Source: Paraspadella gotoi (taxonomy: Eukaryota > Animalia > Chaetognatha). From it: a DNA stretch of 64,000 nt. Numbering within the stretch: position 1 is the stretch's first letter; every line of letters starts with the position of its first letter. Where the stretch lies: contig CM119263.1 of NCBI GenBank assembly GCA_051294375.1, positions 14,745,574-14,809,573 on the forward strand. The letters run 5' to 3'. Made by a program: the position numbers and the translations under genes. Below are positions 1 through 11,819 of the stretch, one piece after another. The notes beneath the pieces were generated by a model. The model was given only the letters and a program-made list of their open reading frames with translations. It was not told where the DNA came from and ran no database searches.

Positions 1-120
1 TTCATCCTCTTCATCTTACTCATCCTCTTCATCCTCTTCAGTCCCCAACGTCACATTTCAACTTCGGAAACGTAACTACAACTCTTTTTCTCTCTTTTAC
101 TTTATTTTTTTTTTATCTAG

Positions 121-292
121 ATCGCGAAGCGTTAATAAGAAGTAGTAATACAATATATACAGTTTAAAAGCAGTTCGCGACTATTATAAACGAGAGAGAA
201 TATGGACGTTTTTGAAGTGTGTCTTCGTTCCACGTTGGTCGGCTTTTATTGCCGCCATGTCGATAGACGTGTCCTCACGAGTTTAACCGTGG
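121..292 (+). CDS. Claudin-like gene A, internal exon encoding extracellular loop 1 (one in-frame stop and one frameshift in this assembly)
   Basis: Pyrimidine tract plus TCTAG acceptor (AG 119-120) and GTAAGA donor at 293. Removing one base in tatggacgtttttgaa gives Y-G-L-F-E-V-C-LRSTLVGFY-C, the claudin G-L-[WF]-x-x-C-x(8-10)-C signature. In-frame TAA at 165-167. Ends in phase 1. Confidence 0.6.
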
Positions 293-1219
293 GTAAGAGA
301 AAGAGAGAAAGAGAGAGAAAGAGACTAATACCTCCCCTTTATCCCCCCGGCTATTTTTTTTTATCTCCTCCCCATCCTCTTTTCCTATCTCTTCCTCTGT
401 TTTCCCTCGGCTCCTTCTTCCCTTCCTTCTTATCTCACTTCCCAATTGGCCGGTCGTTTGGAGACGATTACTTCTTCATTACCGGGAAATAAACTCGTTT
501 TCACTCTTTCCCTCACAATGTGAAACTCGTGTCTCCTTTCCAGTTTTTTTTCCTTCCGGAATGTGAAACTCACGTTCTCCGAGACACGAGTCTTTCACGA
601 GTCACAACCACAAGATTCTGATAGTTTTCTTTCTAAATCTCGTCCTCTTTTTCTCGTTTCGCTTCGTTTTAAATCATGAGAAAGATTCACGAGGGTCACT
701 CCTTCGATCCAGCAATCGCGATGACCAAAAACAGTCTAAATCCGCCACCGCAGTTTGTACCGTCGTCGTCATTTCTACTCAAAAATCCATCCAAATCCCC
801 ATCCCCTTTTTCCAAATCCATCCAAATCCCCATCCCCTTTTCCTCGCCACGTATAAATCTCTGTCGGCGTCGAAAAGTAGATTTACATTTTCTCCTCGAT
901 CGTTCATCTCCTTCTCGTCTTCTCTTCGCATAAACACACAAAAGAAATTTCTCCTCCTCGCCGACGAGAGAAAAAAAATTGACGCCAGAAATGAAAAGGT
1001 TTTTTATTAATATATTTTTTTTTCGATTTAAGATTTCAAAAGCGTAAATTAGCATTTTCTTTTTTCTCAAGAATTTGGTTCGTGAACGTCGTTTAAAGTG
1101 AATTTCAAGCGACGCGGCGCGATAAAAAAATTCCCGTGAAATTGTTTCTTCAGTATAAATTTTAAAATTACTTGGAAGATCGTTGACGGATTGCATAGTA
1201 ATAGACTTCTTTTACACAG

Positions 1220-1252
1220 ATCACCACTATAGCGTTTGTGGTACCCGGTCCC
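1220..1252 (+). CDS. Claudin-like gene A, 33-nt microexon (DHHYSVCGTRS)
   Basis: cttcttttacacAG|...|GTATGT; symmetric phase 1-1; joins the 121-292 and 1708-1851 exons in frame without stops. Confidence 0.65.
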
Positions 1253-1631
1253 GTATGTATCTTTGGCGCTAAATTAACACAGTACTTTCACTTTTAACTT
1301 TTCACGTAGTCCCTCCACTTTTTTTCAGTGACGACCTCCCGACCTCATATATCTAACCCTTTTCTTTTTCTCTCCCACCCGCGGTGAAACCCCTCTCCCT
1401 ACTCTTTCCCCCACCCCCCCGTGGTACCTCTTCGCCCTATCCATTCTCCCGACGCCCTCTTCCCCCGGTGGAGACCTCATTCATCTCTCGGCGGCGGGGG
1501 GCGGAAATTCCATATCCTGTTGTCGTGCCGGAATCATTTGGGTCTCCATATAGCGGGAGCCTCTCCCCCACCTCCCCGCGCCGCCTCAAAACTCGCGCGA
1601 GATACAAATGGTCGGACGAAAAAAAAAGGGA

Positions 1632-1662
1632 CCCTTACAACCCTTACAACCCTTACAACCCT
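1632..1662. repeat. 9-bp tandem repeat (CCCTTACAA) x3, intronic
   Basis: Read directly from the sequence. Confidence 0.9.
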
Positions 1663-1707
1663 ATTAATCCGTCCGCCCCAAACTCCCACCCTCCATTCCA
1701 TTTCCAG

Positions 1708-1851
1708 GCTGGTTCAAGACGGTCCAATGGTTCGTGACCCTCTCTCTCTTGCTGATGTTCGCTTCGATGTTGGCCATCGTCTTCAAAGTCTGCACGGGAT
1801 CGGACGGACGCACCTCGCTCGCCTGCACGGGAGTTCTCAACATCATCGTCA
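1708..1851 (+). CDS. Claudin-like gene A, TM2 to TM3 exon (WFKTVQWFVTLSLLLMFASMLAIVFKVCTGSDGRTSLACTGVLNIIV)
   Basis: ttccatttccAG acceptor, GTAAGT donor, 144 nt, phase 1-1. W-x-x-x-V-Q motif followed by a hydrophobic helix, typical of invertebrate claudin/Clc-like proteins. Missed by the ORF track. Confidence 0.8.
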
Positions 1852-2922
1852 GTAAGTAGTGATAATGATTGTGATAGTGATAAAACAATTTGGGGAAAAA
1901 CAAAATTTCTAAACGTTGAATTACATCTTTTAACAATTTTGTTCTTTGTCGTTTGTGATTAGAGTTAGAAATTATGATTTTGGGGTGTGGTACAGAAAGA
2001 CTGGCAACAGAAAATTCGTGTTAATGTTGATTATTATTTGGAATAAAAAGGGTCGGTGTTCTCCCTCGCTGTCAAAATTTCCTTTCTAATGTCATCAAAC
2101 CGGCGCTGATTAATGCATGTAATCAAGTTGGGGGAAAAAAAACTCGGGCACAATTACCTTTCATCCAAAATTCATCGCGCGCGAAAAAAATTATCATATT
2201 TAGAGTATTTCAGATAAAAAAAAGTGTAACCATCCGGTTTTGAGAGGAAATAAAATGTTTAAAAAATGAATTTTCTTTTCGGTTTTTTTTTCCTCCATAA
2301 TATTCGGTTCCTGACGGATGGAAATAATTAGTTTTTAAAGTTTTTCGCCAATATGATGGCGTTTTCTCCAACGTCACGTCAGTGGTGTCGTGCTTTATCG
2401 CCATCAAACCAACCGCATAATAGTTTTCGTCTCGATTCTTTTGCTTTGTCGAGCGTCGACGTAATCAATAATCACCGCCGTTCTCTTCTTTATCTTTTAT
2501 CTTCTGCTTTGAATTTTTATCTTTGTTTCGTGCAACATCATCACCGTCGTCGTCGTGGTCGTCGTCGTCGTCGGCGTCGTCGTCGTCGTCCTCAAACTAT
2601 CGACCCCCATCGTGACATCTTTGCCGTAAGGCCTCACTACTACTACTACTTTTTCACGCCTAAGTCGCTCTTATCGGTTATCGCTCTCATCTCGCTCTCT
2701 GTCATCCTCGAACGAATCGTCTTAATCGCCTCTCTCTCGCGACGTCTTCATCGTCGTCGTCCTCGTCGTCGCCTTAATCAACCCCCATCCCATGCCACGC
2801 CCACTCATTCCTCATTCAAACTTGACGCCCCTTTTATGAAGTTGTGCGACGAGAGAGCGCATACGCGGCCTAAATTTCTTCCTCGCTGCCCTCCTTCCCA
2901 GTTTCTCTCTCTCGTCGTCTCA

Positions 2923-2972
<50 letters not shown>

Positions 2973-3187
2973 ATCTCTCTCTCTCTCTCTCTCACCTCCC
3001 AGAAGTAATGTGATTAGCGGACCTTTGCCTCACAAAATAATATAATATGTACTATCGCTCGATTTCCGGCTGAAAAGAAGGAACGATTTCCGAGAACAAG
3101 TACGTTTTTTTGCTTTGTCTTTCACAATCCCGTATATTTTTTTTCTTTGCTATTTGTCTCTACTGCTCTCTCTGCTCTATATCTCTC

Positions 3188-3241
<54 letters not shown>

Positions 3242-3645
3242 CTCTTCCCCTTTTCGCACCATATCTCGTCATTAGTAACCTCTGCTCATTTACTAACCTC
3301 GGCTTCTGGTCATCTCGGATTATTCGAGGCAAGTATTTCTTCCCTCTCAAAAAAAAAGGGTAATGATGTCGACGGTCGCGATTTTGGGTCAAAAATGTCC
3401 CCTTTTTCGACGAAGGTCACCAATCACCCCCCCTCCAGCTCTCACCCGAATAATTGTTTCAACCCTCTCCGCTCTCCCTCCTTCCTCTCTCTCCTCTCTC
3501 TCCACTCTGCACTCGTCTCCCTCTCTCAACTCTCACCTGCTCCCTCTCTCACCCCTCTCAATCGTCGTCGTCGTCAGTCCCTCTCCCTCTCGCCTCTCTC
3601 TCTCTGCCTCGGCCACATTTTTTTTTCGCGTCGGAATAAAGCGAC

Positions 3646-3785
3646 CTTCAAGAAAATGAGCAAATATCCGCGGCGGCCATTGGCATCGCGAAACGAATAG
3701 AATAGAAATTCGTTTGGTCTCTTCAACGTCGTCATGTTCGGACCTGGGTGTCCGTAGTCCATGAGAGGATTCTCCAAAAACACAT
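3646..3785 (-). CDS. Claudin-like exon (end of TM3, loop 2, TM4), frameshifted; a third paralog or a displaced part of gene A
   Basis: Across shifting frames the minus strand reads PLMDYGHPGPN..TLKRPNEFLFYSF / AMPMAAA / ICSF / LEG, paralleling the 4975-5140 exon (..IFGHFGH..YS..VVAGFFSL.FEG). Splice sites are weak or noisy. Confidence 0.45.
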
Positions 3786-4078
3786 TTAGAGACAGAGTGA
3801 GAGAGAGGGAGAGAGAGGGAGATAGAGCGCGTCCTAGATACCTTTGTTCCATATTCATTTCCACTTCCGTCTTGGCTTCAACCAAAAATTTTTTTTTTCA
3901 GGACGGTTGGTTAGTCTCCTCTCCCATCAATAACTTCCATGTTTCATGCATGTCATATATTTCTTCTCTAAATCTCCTCAAATCCATGCCATGTTCTCCG
4001 GCTCCATCTTTTACTCAATCTCGTGTCTCACCTCCGCGCCATATTCCTCATCTCCTTGCATCCGTAATTTCCACATTA

Positions 4079-4194
4079 CATGCCATCTTCTCCTTCGTTA
4101 ATCCCGTCCATGCCATCTTGTCCTCTCTTAATCCCGTCCATGCCATCTTGTCCTCTCTAAATCCCGTCCATGCCATCTTGTCCTCTCTTAATCC
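4079..4194. repeat. 30-bp minisatellite (CATGCCATCTTGTCCTCTCTTAATCCCGTC), about 4 copies running into a gap
   Basis: Read directly from the sequence. Confidence 0.9.
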
Positions 4195-4727
4195 NNNNNN
4201 NNNNNNNNNNNNNNNNNNNAAGAGAGAAGACTAACGCAACCACGGAGACGGACCCGACAGACAGACCGACACGAGACGCCAGCGCGCAACCGACCAGAAC
4301 CGAACGACCCACACCGAACGACCCGCGAAAAAGCACCACGAACGCCCCGACGCCCGACGCCGCGACGAACAGCACAAACCACACCCACCAGCCCGACGCA
4401 CCCACGAACATATCGACGACCGACCGCGCGACGCCCGGACGACCGACGGGCGAGCTGCACCAGACGCAACACCAGACGTAACTGACGCACCAATGCACCG
4501 GCGGGTAATTGGACGGGGCGGCATTCGGGCTGCGCTGCTTCGAGAGTCGTATCCGTCTGTGTCTTTCGTTATCCCCGACGCCCAGTCCCCTCCAACCGCC
4601 CCCCCGACCATTTCTGCCCGCTTTATAAAAACGACCGTTTGGAAGTATTTGTTTAGTATATCGCCCCTATAGACGAGGACGCGCCTCTCGATAATTAAAC
4701 CTTCAAATCACATGTCACTGTAGAATT

Positions 4728-4804
4728 TCATTTCAGCTTTCCGCTCAGGTGTTTGTATAGCTCTGCGTCGATGATGCGATAATGAAGGACGGTTTCTTCG
4801 AGAT
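4728..4804 (-). CDS. Claudin-like gene B, cytoplasmic-tail exon (YLEETVLHYRIIDAELYKHLSGKLK*)
   Basis: Follows a CT-rich 170-nt intron from the GTAAGT donor at 4974; phase 1 compatible (T|AT = Tyr). The acceptor is GAG (suboptimal) and the stop could be an error. Confidence 0.5.
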
Positions 4805-4974
4805 CTCGATCATGAGATGAGACGAAAGAGAGAGATGAGGAGAGAGAGAGAGATGAGAGGAGAGAGACGAGATGAAAGAGAGCAGAGAGGATAGAGAGAG
4901 AGAGAGAGAGAGAAGAAGAGAGAAGAGACGGAGAGAGAGAAGAATGGCTCCCACACAGTTGCATCAGAACTTAC

Positions 4975-5140
4975 AGCCCTCGAAGAGAGGCTGAAGAATC
5001 CGGCGACGACGAGCGAGGCGCGTACAGAATATCGATCCAGAGTCCGTGACTCAGTGAGAGGGATGCTGGCCATCCAGTTCTCGCACGGGTGTGTCCGAAA
5101 TGGCCGAAGATCAGGAGGGGGAGATGAGCCGTCCATCCGG
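4975..5140 (-). CDS. Claudin-like gene B, TM3 / loop 2 / TM4 exon with indel errors
   Basis: CCAG acceptor, GTAAGT donor. Frames read GWTAHLPLLIFGHFGHTR / ENWMASIP / YS..ASLVVAGFFSL / FEG, matching the FG..G...[DN]WM ... G[WY]S..LAVV.G pattern of invertebrate claudins. Confidence 0.65.
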
Positions 5141-5853
5141 CTGGCTTGTAGGAGGATGGAGCGGTTGGGAGGGGGGAGTGGAACAGAGGAAAGGGAAGGG
5201 AAGGAAAGAGGAATGGCGAATTAGCCAGAGGAACTGCTCGTGAGCGCATTTGTGCGGTGGAATAATGAATCGCCGTCGCCCCGGACGAAAGGGACGATCG
5301 GCTTAAAGCGGTTAACGCGAGGCGAGACGTGGCGATGGCAACAGTTCGGCCGTCATTGCCATGTTTCGTATCCATCCTCCATCGAAACCCCCCCGTTCCC
5401 ATCCGACTTCCAGGGCACTCCGCCGAGGGGTGACGCGCTATGGCTGGCTCGTAGTCACTATGTTGGTACTGCTACGACTGTAACTAACCGACGCCCCTCT
5501 TCAAACGTTCCCTCGGCACAACTCACATTCACCTAACTTCCAGGAACGGCACTCATCGTCGACCTTCCGCCAATCATCCAACGAGCGCGGACGCCAGATG
5601 CGCAGCGCCGATACAACACGCCGATCACGTTAGCCTGCCGGGGCTTCGGCGTGTTCGCGCGTGTCACTTTAGGCGGCCGATCTGCCAGTCGAATTCGGCG
5701 GGGAGAGCGGAGGCGGGAAGGAGATGGGAGGGGATGGCGACGGGGGGCGTTGGTTTGGTAAACAGCGAAGCTGGAAATACGGAAGTGGAGGCTTGGAAAG
5801 ATGGCAAGGTGGACGGGTATTAAGAGAGGACAGAGATGGCAATGGACACTCGC

Positions 5854-5997
5854 GCACAGGGAATTTTATGAGAGCCGCCAAGATGCAACGTGTGCACGGG
5901 ATTGGGCACGTCTCCGGCGCCGAGACGGTGCTGCCGGGTGGAACTGATGAACAATGTTTTATGGGCAGCGAAGCACCCATTGAATCGTAAGGAGCTT
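5854..5997 (-). CDS. Claudin-like gene B, TM2 to TM3 exon (noisy), paralogous to 1708-1851
   Basis: ttttttttctgtAG acceptor; starts LLTIQWVL (gene A: FKTVQWFV) and ends CILAALIKFPV; 144 nt if the donor is GCGAGT at 5853, the same length as the gene A exon; internal frameshifts. Confidence 0.45.
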
Positions 5998-7766
5998 CTA
6001 CAGAAAAAAAAACAAACAAAAACTTCTGCTAAAATATTACAATTTCTATTGTATGATTGTAAGTATTTCTTCCTGTCTGTTCCTTCTAAAATTTAGCTCA
6101 GAAGGCTTTTCTCGGCTGCAATCTTCTTTCTTCCTTCCTTCCTTCCTTCCTNNNNNNNNNNNNNNNNNNNNNNNNNNNNNNNNNNNNNNNNNNNNNNNNN
6201 NNNNNNNNNNNNNNNNNNNNNNNNNNNNNNNNNNNNNNNNNNNNNNNNNNNNNNNNNNNNNNNNNNNNNNNNNNNNNNNNNNNNNNNNNNNNNNNNNNNN
6301 NNNNNNNNNNNNNNNNNNNNCTTTCTTATCTATTTTTCTCTCTCAAGGAACCAAGGAGGCGCTCGACCTCTTATTTCCCGCCTTTAATGTCGAGAGCGAA
6401 AGAAATAACGTAAAAAAAAGAAAGAAAGATACATTGGGAGAAAGCAAGTGAGATATGGAGAAAAAGATGAGACATTTTTTTACAAATGGACGGAAAGGAT
6501 TCTGCCATCGCGTTTTAAGATAATTTTTTAGTCACGAGATTACGAAAACCAAAAATTTGAATTGTTATTTATGTCGTCTTCCGACAAAGAAATTGCCATC
6601 ATCTAGAACTCNNNNNNNNNNNNNNNNNNNNNNNNNNNNNNNNNNNNNNNNNNNNNNNNNNNNNNNNNNNNNNNNNNNNNNNNNNNNNNNNNNNNNNNNN
6701 NNNNNNNNNNNNNNNNNNNNNNNNNNNNNNNNNNNNNNNNNNNNNNNNNNNNNNNNNNNNNNNNNNNNNNNNNNNNNNNNNNNNNNNNNNNNNNNNNNNN
6801 NNNNNNNNNNNNNNNNNNNNNNNNNNNNNNNNNNNNNNNNNNNNNNNNNNNNNNNNNNNNNNNNNNNNNNNNNNNNNNNNNNNNNNNNNNNNNNNNNNNN
6901 NNNNNNNNNNNNNNNNNNNNNNNNNNNNNNNNNNNNNNNNNNNNNGTCGTCGGCGTCGTCGGCGTCGTCGGCGTTCTCGGGATCGTCGTCGTCGAGGTGA
7001 GAAATTATTTTCCGGCGGCGATGTGTCGCGCGGTCAAGTATCGCGGTTTTGCGATAAGCGTCGCTCGACGAAGACGAAAATCAACGATCGAAATCGCGAG
7101 ATTCCAAATTTCGTTTCCACTGAGACGAAAAAAATTGAGGAGGAATCGTGATGGGGTGAGGCGAAGGAGGTGAGTCCAGGTGAGCCGATAAATCGCCACT
7201 TTCCAGCCAGGTCGAGGACCGCTTCAATTCCAAAAGACTGAAATGATATAGAAAAAGATGCCATTCTTCTGAAGAAGCGATGTCGAGGGGGAACTGACAG
7301 AAGGTTCGAGAAAAAGGATATTTCGCATCAAGTTTGTGAGAAATCTATAACTGCGATGACCGTACCCGTCCATCTACCCGTCCATCTACATTAACCATAA
7401 AAAGGGAATCGGATTCTCCCTTCTTTCTCGTTCCCCACTCCATAGCGCCATGAAAAGGTCGAAGCGTACTTCCCTCTCCCGGGTCTGGAAACCCTAGCGA
7501 TGCCCGCATCGTTCGACGGCCATTTTGTCGGCACGCGGTCCCCTTTTTTCGTAATAACTCTCTCGCCCGCAAGAGTCGTGATCAGCGTGAGCTGCGTGAG
7601 TGGTATGAGCGGCGTGACTCTTTCCGATCGACTTTCGAAAACCCGAGACTGTGATTCATGGTTGGAGAGTGGGTTGGGTGTGTGGGTGGGTTGGGTGTGT
7701 GGGTGGCTAGATTGGGCGTAAATGGGGGGCTGGTGCGTTGTTGAGATTTGATGACATTTCGAGTTC

Positions 7767-7824
7767 GATCAGTGATGGAGCGAAGATCAGTGATGGAGCG
7801 AAGATCAGTGATGGAGCGAAGATC
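7767..7824. repeat. 18-bp tandem repeat (GATCAGTGATGGAGCGAA) x3
   Basis: Read directly from the sequence. Confidence 0.9.
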
Positions 7825-8209
7825 GATGAGAAGCAGCGAAGATAAATCATTTATCTCGTCGAAACTAATTGCGCGCCGATGAGAGAATCACGTCCGTTGA
7901 AATTATTTTCGAGACANNNNNNNNNNNNNNNNNNNNNNNNNNNNNNNNNNNNNNNNNNNNNNNNNNNNNNNNNNNNNNNNNNNNNNNNNNNNNNNNNNNN
8001 NNNNNNNNNNNNNNNNNNNNNNNNNNNNNNNNNNNNNNNNNNNNNNNNNNNNNNNNNNNNNNNNNNNNNNNNNNNNNNNNNNNNNNNNNNNNNNNNNNNN
8101 NNNNNNNNNNNNNNNNNNNNNNNNNNNNNNNNNNNNNNNNNNNNNNNNNNNNNNNNNNNNNNNNNNNNNNNNNNNNNNNNNNNNNNNNNNNNNNNNNNNN
8201 NNNNNAGAG

Positions 8210-8685
8210 AGAAGATTGATTAAGGGTCGTTTTCCCCTTCGGAGGACGGAAGTGGCGCTTAAAGGGCGTGGCGCCCGAAACATCCGCCGCGCATGACCGC
8301 GCTGGCGTCGCGCCCGCGCTCATAAAGTGCTGGTCTGCTAGTGAATTGAGAGCGCCGAGGTATCCGGCGTCGTCGGCGTCATCGCGCGCGCGGTGGGAAT
8401 CGTCTTTGTCGCCGGGCGGTGTCGTCGGGGGCGTCGGGGGCGCGGTGATTAGCAGGAGAATGACGTCGCGGACGCCGTCCTTCTCGTCCTGGTCGTCGTC
8501 TGGGTTGTCTTCGCCGTCCCATTTTGTCGTCGTCGTCGTCTTCGTTGTCGTCGTCGATTTTTTTTGTAGCTTTTGTCTGCGACGGTTGGTGCTGTTGTTG
8601 TCGTTGTAGCCTTTCAACCTGTGGCCTTTGAACGTCTTTGTTGTTGGCGTCGAATTGTCGATTATCCCGTCGTTGCCTTTTTTCT

Positions 8686-8716
<31 letters not shown>

Positions 8717-8780
8717 GGTTTCCATTATCTCCGACATCGTCACAGGCTCGTTCAGGTTGCCTTGACAAAGATGCGACATC
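8210..8780 (-). CDS. Possible low-complexity coding exon (Thr/Asp/Pro-rich), product unknown
   Basis: About 190 open codons of GC-rich, non-dinucleotide sequence (KWDGEDNPDDDQDEKDG..APPTPPTTPPGDKDD..); no recognisable domain; bounded by a gap and (GA)n. Confidence 0.3.
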
Positions 8781-8810
8781 CATATGAATATCAAATCATG
8801 ATTCCAGAGA

Positions 8811-8887
<77 letters not shown>

Positions 8888-10159
8888 GGGCAAAGGATAA
8901 TTTCCCACTTCATGACGACAAGTCGTGTCGATGTTCTCTTCATTTTTTTTCCCGCCAAATAGAAATTAAGGATAACGATGGAGAGAAGATGGAGTTTAAA
9001 TGATGTTGATGTTGTTGCAGTTTTATTATTGATTTAAGTGAGCAATTCACGGAAATTTCAAACCGTCAACTACCGTAAACTAAATCTATAAGTGAGAGAG
9101 AGAAAAAAAAATCTTCTCCTCGGCGCCCTTTGTAAGAAGAAGGAAAAAATCTTCCATTATTTGATGTCAGCTCACGTCATCTCAAATCGGTTGAACGAGG
9201 GAAAGGGGGAGGGGGCGTTGAAGTAGGGTAGAAGAGAAAGGGATTTGTGGGAAGTGGGGCGAGAGGAATAGCTTGAGCGAAATATGTATGTAGTTTATAG
9301 TGCGATTAGTATTTAATACGATAAATAAGCGCTGGAAATGTGAAACGAGAACAGTTAGATATAGTTTGTAAATAGGAGATGTATTAAAAGAACCGGATGC
9401 CAAAAATTTAATTAACTACGTACTTCAAAACAATTTTGATTTAGATATTTGAATATAATCTTTCAGCATGATTGGATTTTACTGCATTTAAATGCTATTT
9501 ATACACCATTTGGCCCCTTCATGCCTATCAACCTCAGATTCCCCTCTCGTCGTAAAAACTCAAACTGGAAATAAAAAACACGCGATGAGAATAAAAAACT
9601 GAGAAATAAAAAAAGGGATGGAAATATAGGTTTTTTTTACTGCGCCGCTGGCGTTACTCGTCGTTGTCATGACGATGTCGTCGTCGTCGTCGTCGTCGCT
9701 TTCGTTATCAGCGGAGCGAAATCGCCCACTCTCCTTTGTTTCTCTGCTTTGTTGTGGTCATTTTCATACATTGCTCGCTCTCTCTCTCTCTCTCTCTCTN
9801 NNNNNNNNNNNNNNNNNNNNNNNNNNNNNNNNNNNNNNNNNNNNNNNNNNNNNNNNNNNNNNNNNNNNNNNNNNNNNNNNNNNNNNNNNNNNNNNNNNNN
9901 NNNNNNNNNNNNNNNNNNNNNNNNNNNNNNNNNNNNNNNNNNNNNNNNNNNNNNNNNNNNNNNNNNNNNNNNNNNNNNNNNNNNNNNNNNNNNNNNNNNN
10001 NNNNNNNNNNNNNNNNNNNNNNNNNNNNNNNNNNNNNNNNNNNNNNNNNNNNNNNNNNNNNNNNNNNNNNNNNNNNNNNNNCGTCGGCGGCGGCGTTATG
10101 GACTTTCGCTCGATGGGTTCGAGCGAAAAAAGTTATTAACGGCGTCGTTGAAAAGGGAA

Positions 10160-10427
10160 TCACGTGATTGGACAGCGCCGTTTAAAAAACCGAATCACGT
10201 GATAGCACGGCGCCTCGTCCGAGTTCTAGATCGGCGTCGTTCTCGACGCAGGATGACGCCGATTCCCCGAGTCGACGCCGCTGATCTAGAGAAGAGTCGG
10301 CGTCGATGATCTCGCGATTCGTCGTCGCTTAGTATCTCGCGGAGATTCGGCGCCGTAGACGATAAACAGTAGTCGATCGCGCGATTCGGCGACTTTGATC
10401 ACGTGACCCGGGGACTCTGATCACGTG
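10160..10427. promoter_or_regulatory. Cluster of four TCACGTGA palindromes (E-box/CLEAR-type) in a CpG-rich segment
   Basis: TCACGTGA at 10160, 10195, 10399 and 10420. Confidence 0.4.
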
Positions 10428-10548
10428 ACGCTGCCGGAACGAACGTGCTATCCGAGTCACGGCTCCCTCGAGAGAAATCACGTCCGTTCGACATTTTGTT
10501 CGAAAAGCGGAAGTCGGATCGGAACGGAATCGGGGAAAAATAAAAGAC

Positions 10549-10627
10549 AAACGGGAAACGGGAAACAGGAACAGAAACGGGAACAGAAACGGGAACAGAA
10601 ACGGGAACAGAAACGGGAACGGGAACC
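10549..10627. repeat. 12-bp tandem repeat (AAACGGGAACAG), about 6 copies
   Basis: Read directly from the sequence. Confidence 0.9.
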
Positions 10628-11212
10628 GACCACGTAAATATAAAAAAAAAACAACAAATAAGGATAAAACGGAAAATGGCATCAAAATGACTAATGAGCA
10701 ATGAAAAAATATGACAGAATTGAAAAAAGGAAACGAGGAAATCAAAGACGTGAAAACTGGAAAAACGAACAACGACGCCCGACAAGTGATAAACGGATAA
10801 AATTAAAGCAGAAATTTGAAAAATGGAAAAGATAGAACAGACATCGCGAAACGGGAAGGCTGAAAAAAGGGACCAAGAAAATTTTGAAAGTGATGTGGGA
10901 AAACTGGAAACGGAAACGTGAAAGTCGGAAAGTGGAAACGAGTGAATGGTGAGGGGGGAGAGAATATTTAATGCACTTTTAGCAACAATGGTTGAAACCT
11001 TCAGCTATTTGTTTTTGTTAAGTAGTAAAAGCATCCAGTCACGTTTCGCAAAAATAGTCGCGGATAGCGAGAGCAAAGAAAATGACGTTCCCCTTTTAAA
11101 GTCTCCAGACTGATGGTCCACCTTTATAACCTTCTCTGCGTCCCAGTGCTCAAACCCTTCCCTCCTTTCCAAAGCAGCGCAACTCAACGCCTCATCGCTT
11201 CTCCTCTTGAAA

Positions 11213-11278
11213 ACCTGTCCGCCTGTCCGCCTGTCTGCCCGACCGCCTGTCCGCCTTTCCGCCCGACCACCGTCCGCC
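11213..11278. repeat. 8-bp imperfect tandem repeat (CCTGTCCG)
   Basis: Read directly from the sequence. Confidence 0.8.
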
Positions 11279-11729
11279 TCGAGGCGACAATAGAAGAAAC
11301 GATTTTCACCGCGATTCTCCTCTTTTCTCATAACATTTTTCATTTCCGAGTCAATGGTCAAAAAAAGGAGAGCGAGGAAAAAAAAAAGGAGGAAAGGAGA
11401 AATGGATAGACGGAGGAAAAGAAGGAAAAAAATATCATTTTCGAGGAGAACTTCTTATCCCTTTTTTTTTTAAAGGGAAAAAAAAAAGGAAATGAAAATA
11501 AAAAGTATGAGAAAAAAAAAGAGTCGTGGGGGAAAAATGGCGATTGAGAATGGGACGCCATTTATTCCAGTTAAAGGATCATTCGAGTTCCGTGAGTCAA
11601 ATGAATACAATCCATCTCACAACTCTCACGCTCTGTCGTCTCTCATCTTACATTGAAATTTTTTCTCTCTCTCATCGTCTCTCGTCTCTCTCTCATCTCT
11701 CATCCTCTCTCTCTCTCTCCTCTCTCTCG

Positions 11730-11760
<31 letters not shown>

Positions 11761-11819
11761 TGTATTTTTTATTTTCCTTTCTTTTACATCTCCTCAATTC
11801 CTCCTCCCACTCACCTTAT

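Noticed and set aside
4220-4490. Thr/Pro-rich mucin-like ORF; a similar T-poor tract lies at 47850-48075
   Set aside because: Low-complexity, T-depleted sequence beside 25-N gaps, typical of poor-quality read ends.
4728-4815. Cadherin-like DxD..YxI..SGxL pattern
   Set aside because: Better explained as the phase-compatible tail exon of claudin-like gene B; no further cadherin repeats are present.
5925-5980. CTGATGA within a GCTGCC/GGCAGC stem, as a hammerhead or snoRNA
   Set aside because: No stem II-GAAA geometry, and it lies antisense to a claudin-like exon.
7767-7824. Short direct repeats here and at 4079 and 10549 as CRISPR-like arrays
   Set aside because: Head-to-tail repeats without unique spacers, in a eukaryotic context with no cas genes.
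9508-9521. TTTGGCCCCTTCA, resembling miR-133
   Set aside because: Seed mismatch, divergent 3' half and no precursor hairpin.
6053-10309. ORFs containing long X runs
   Set aside because: They are open only because they cross N gaps.
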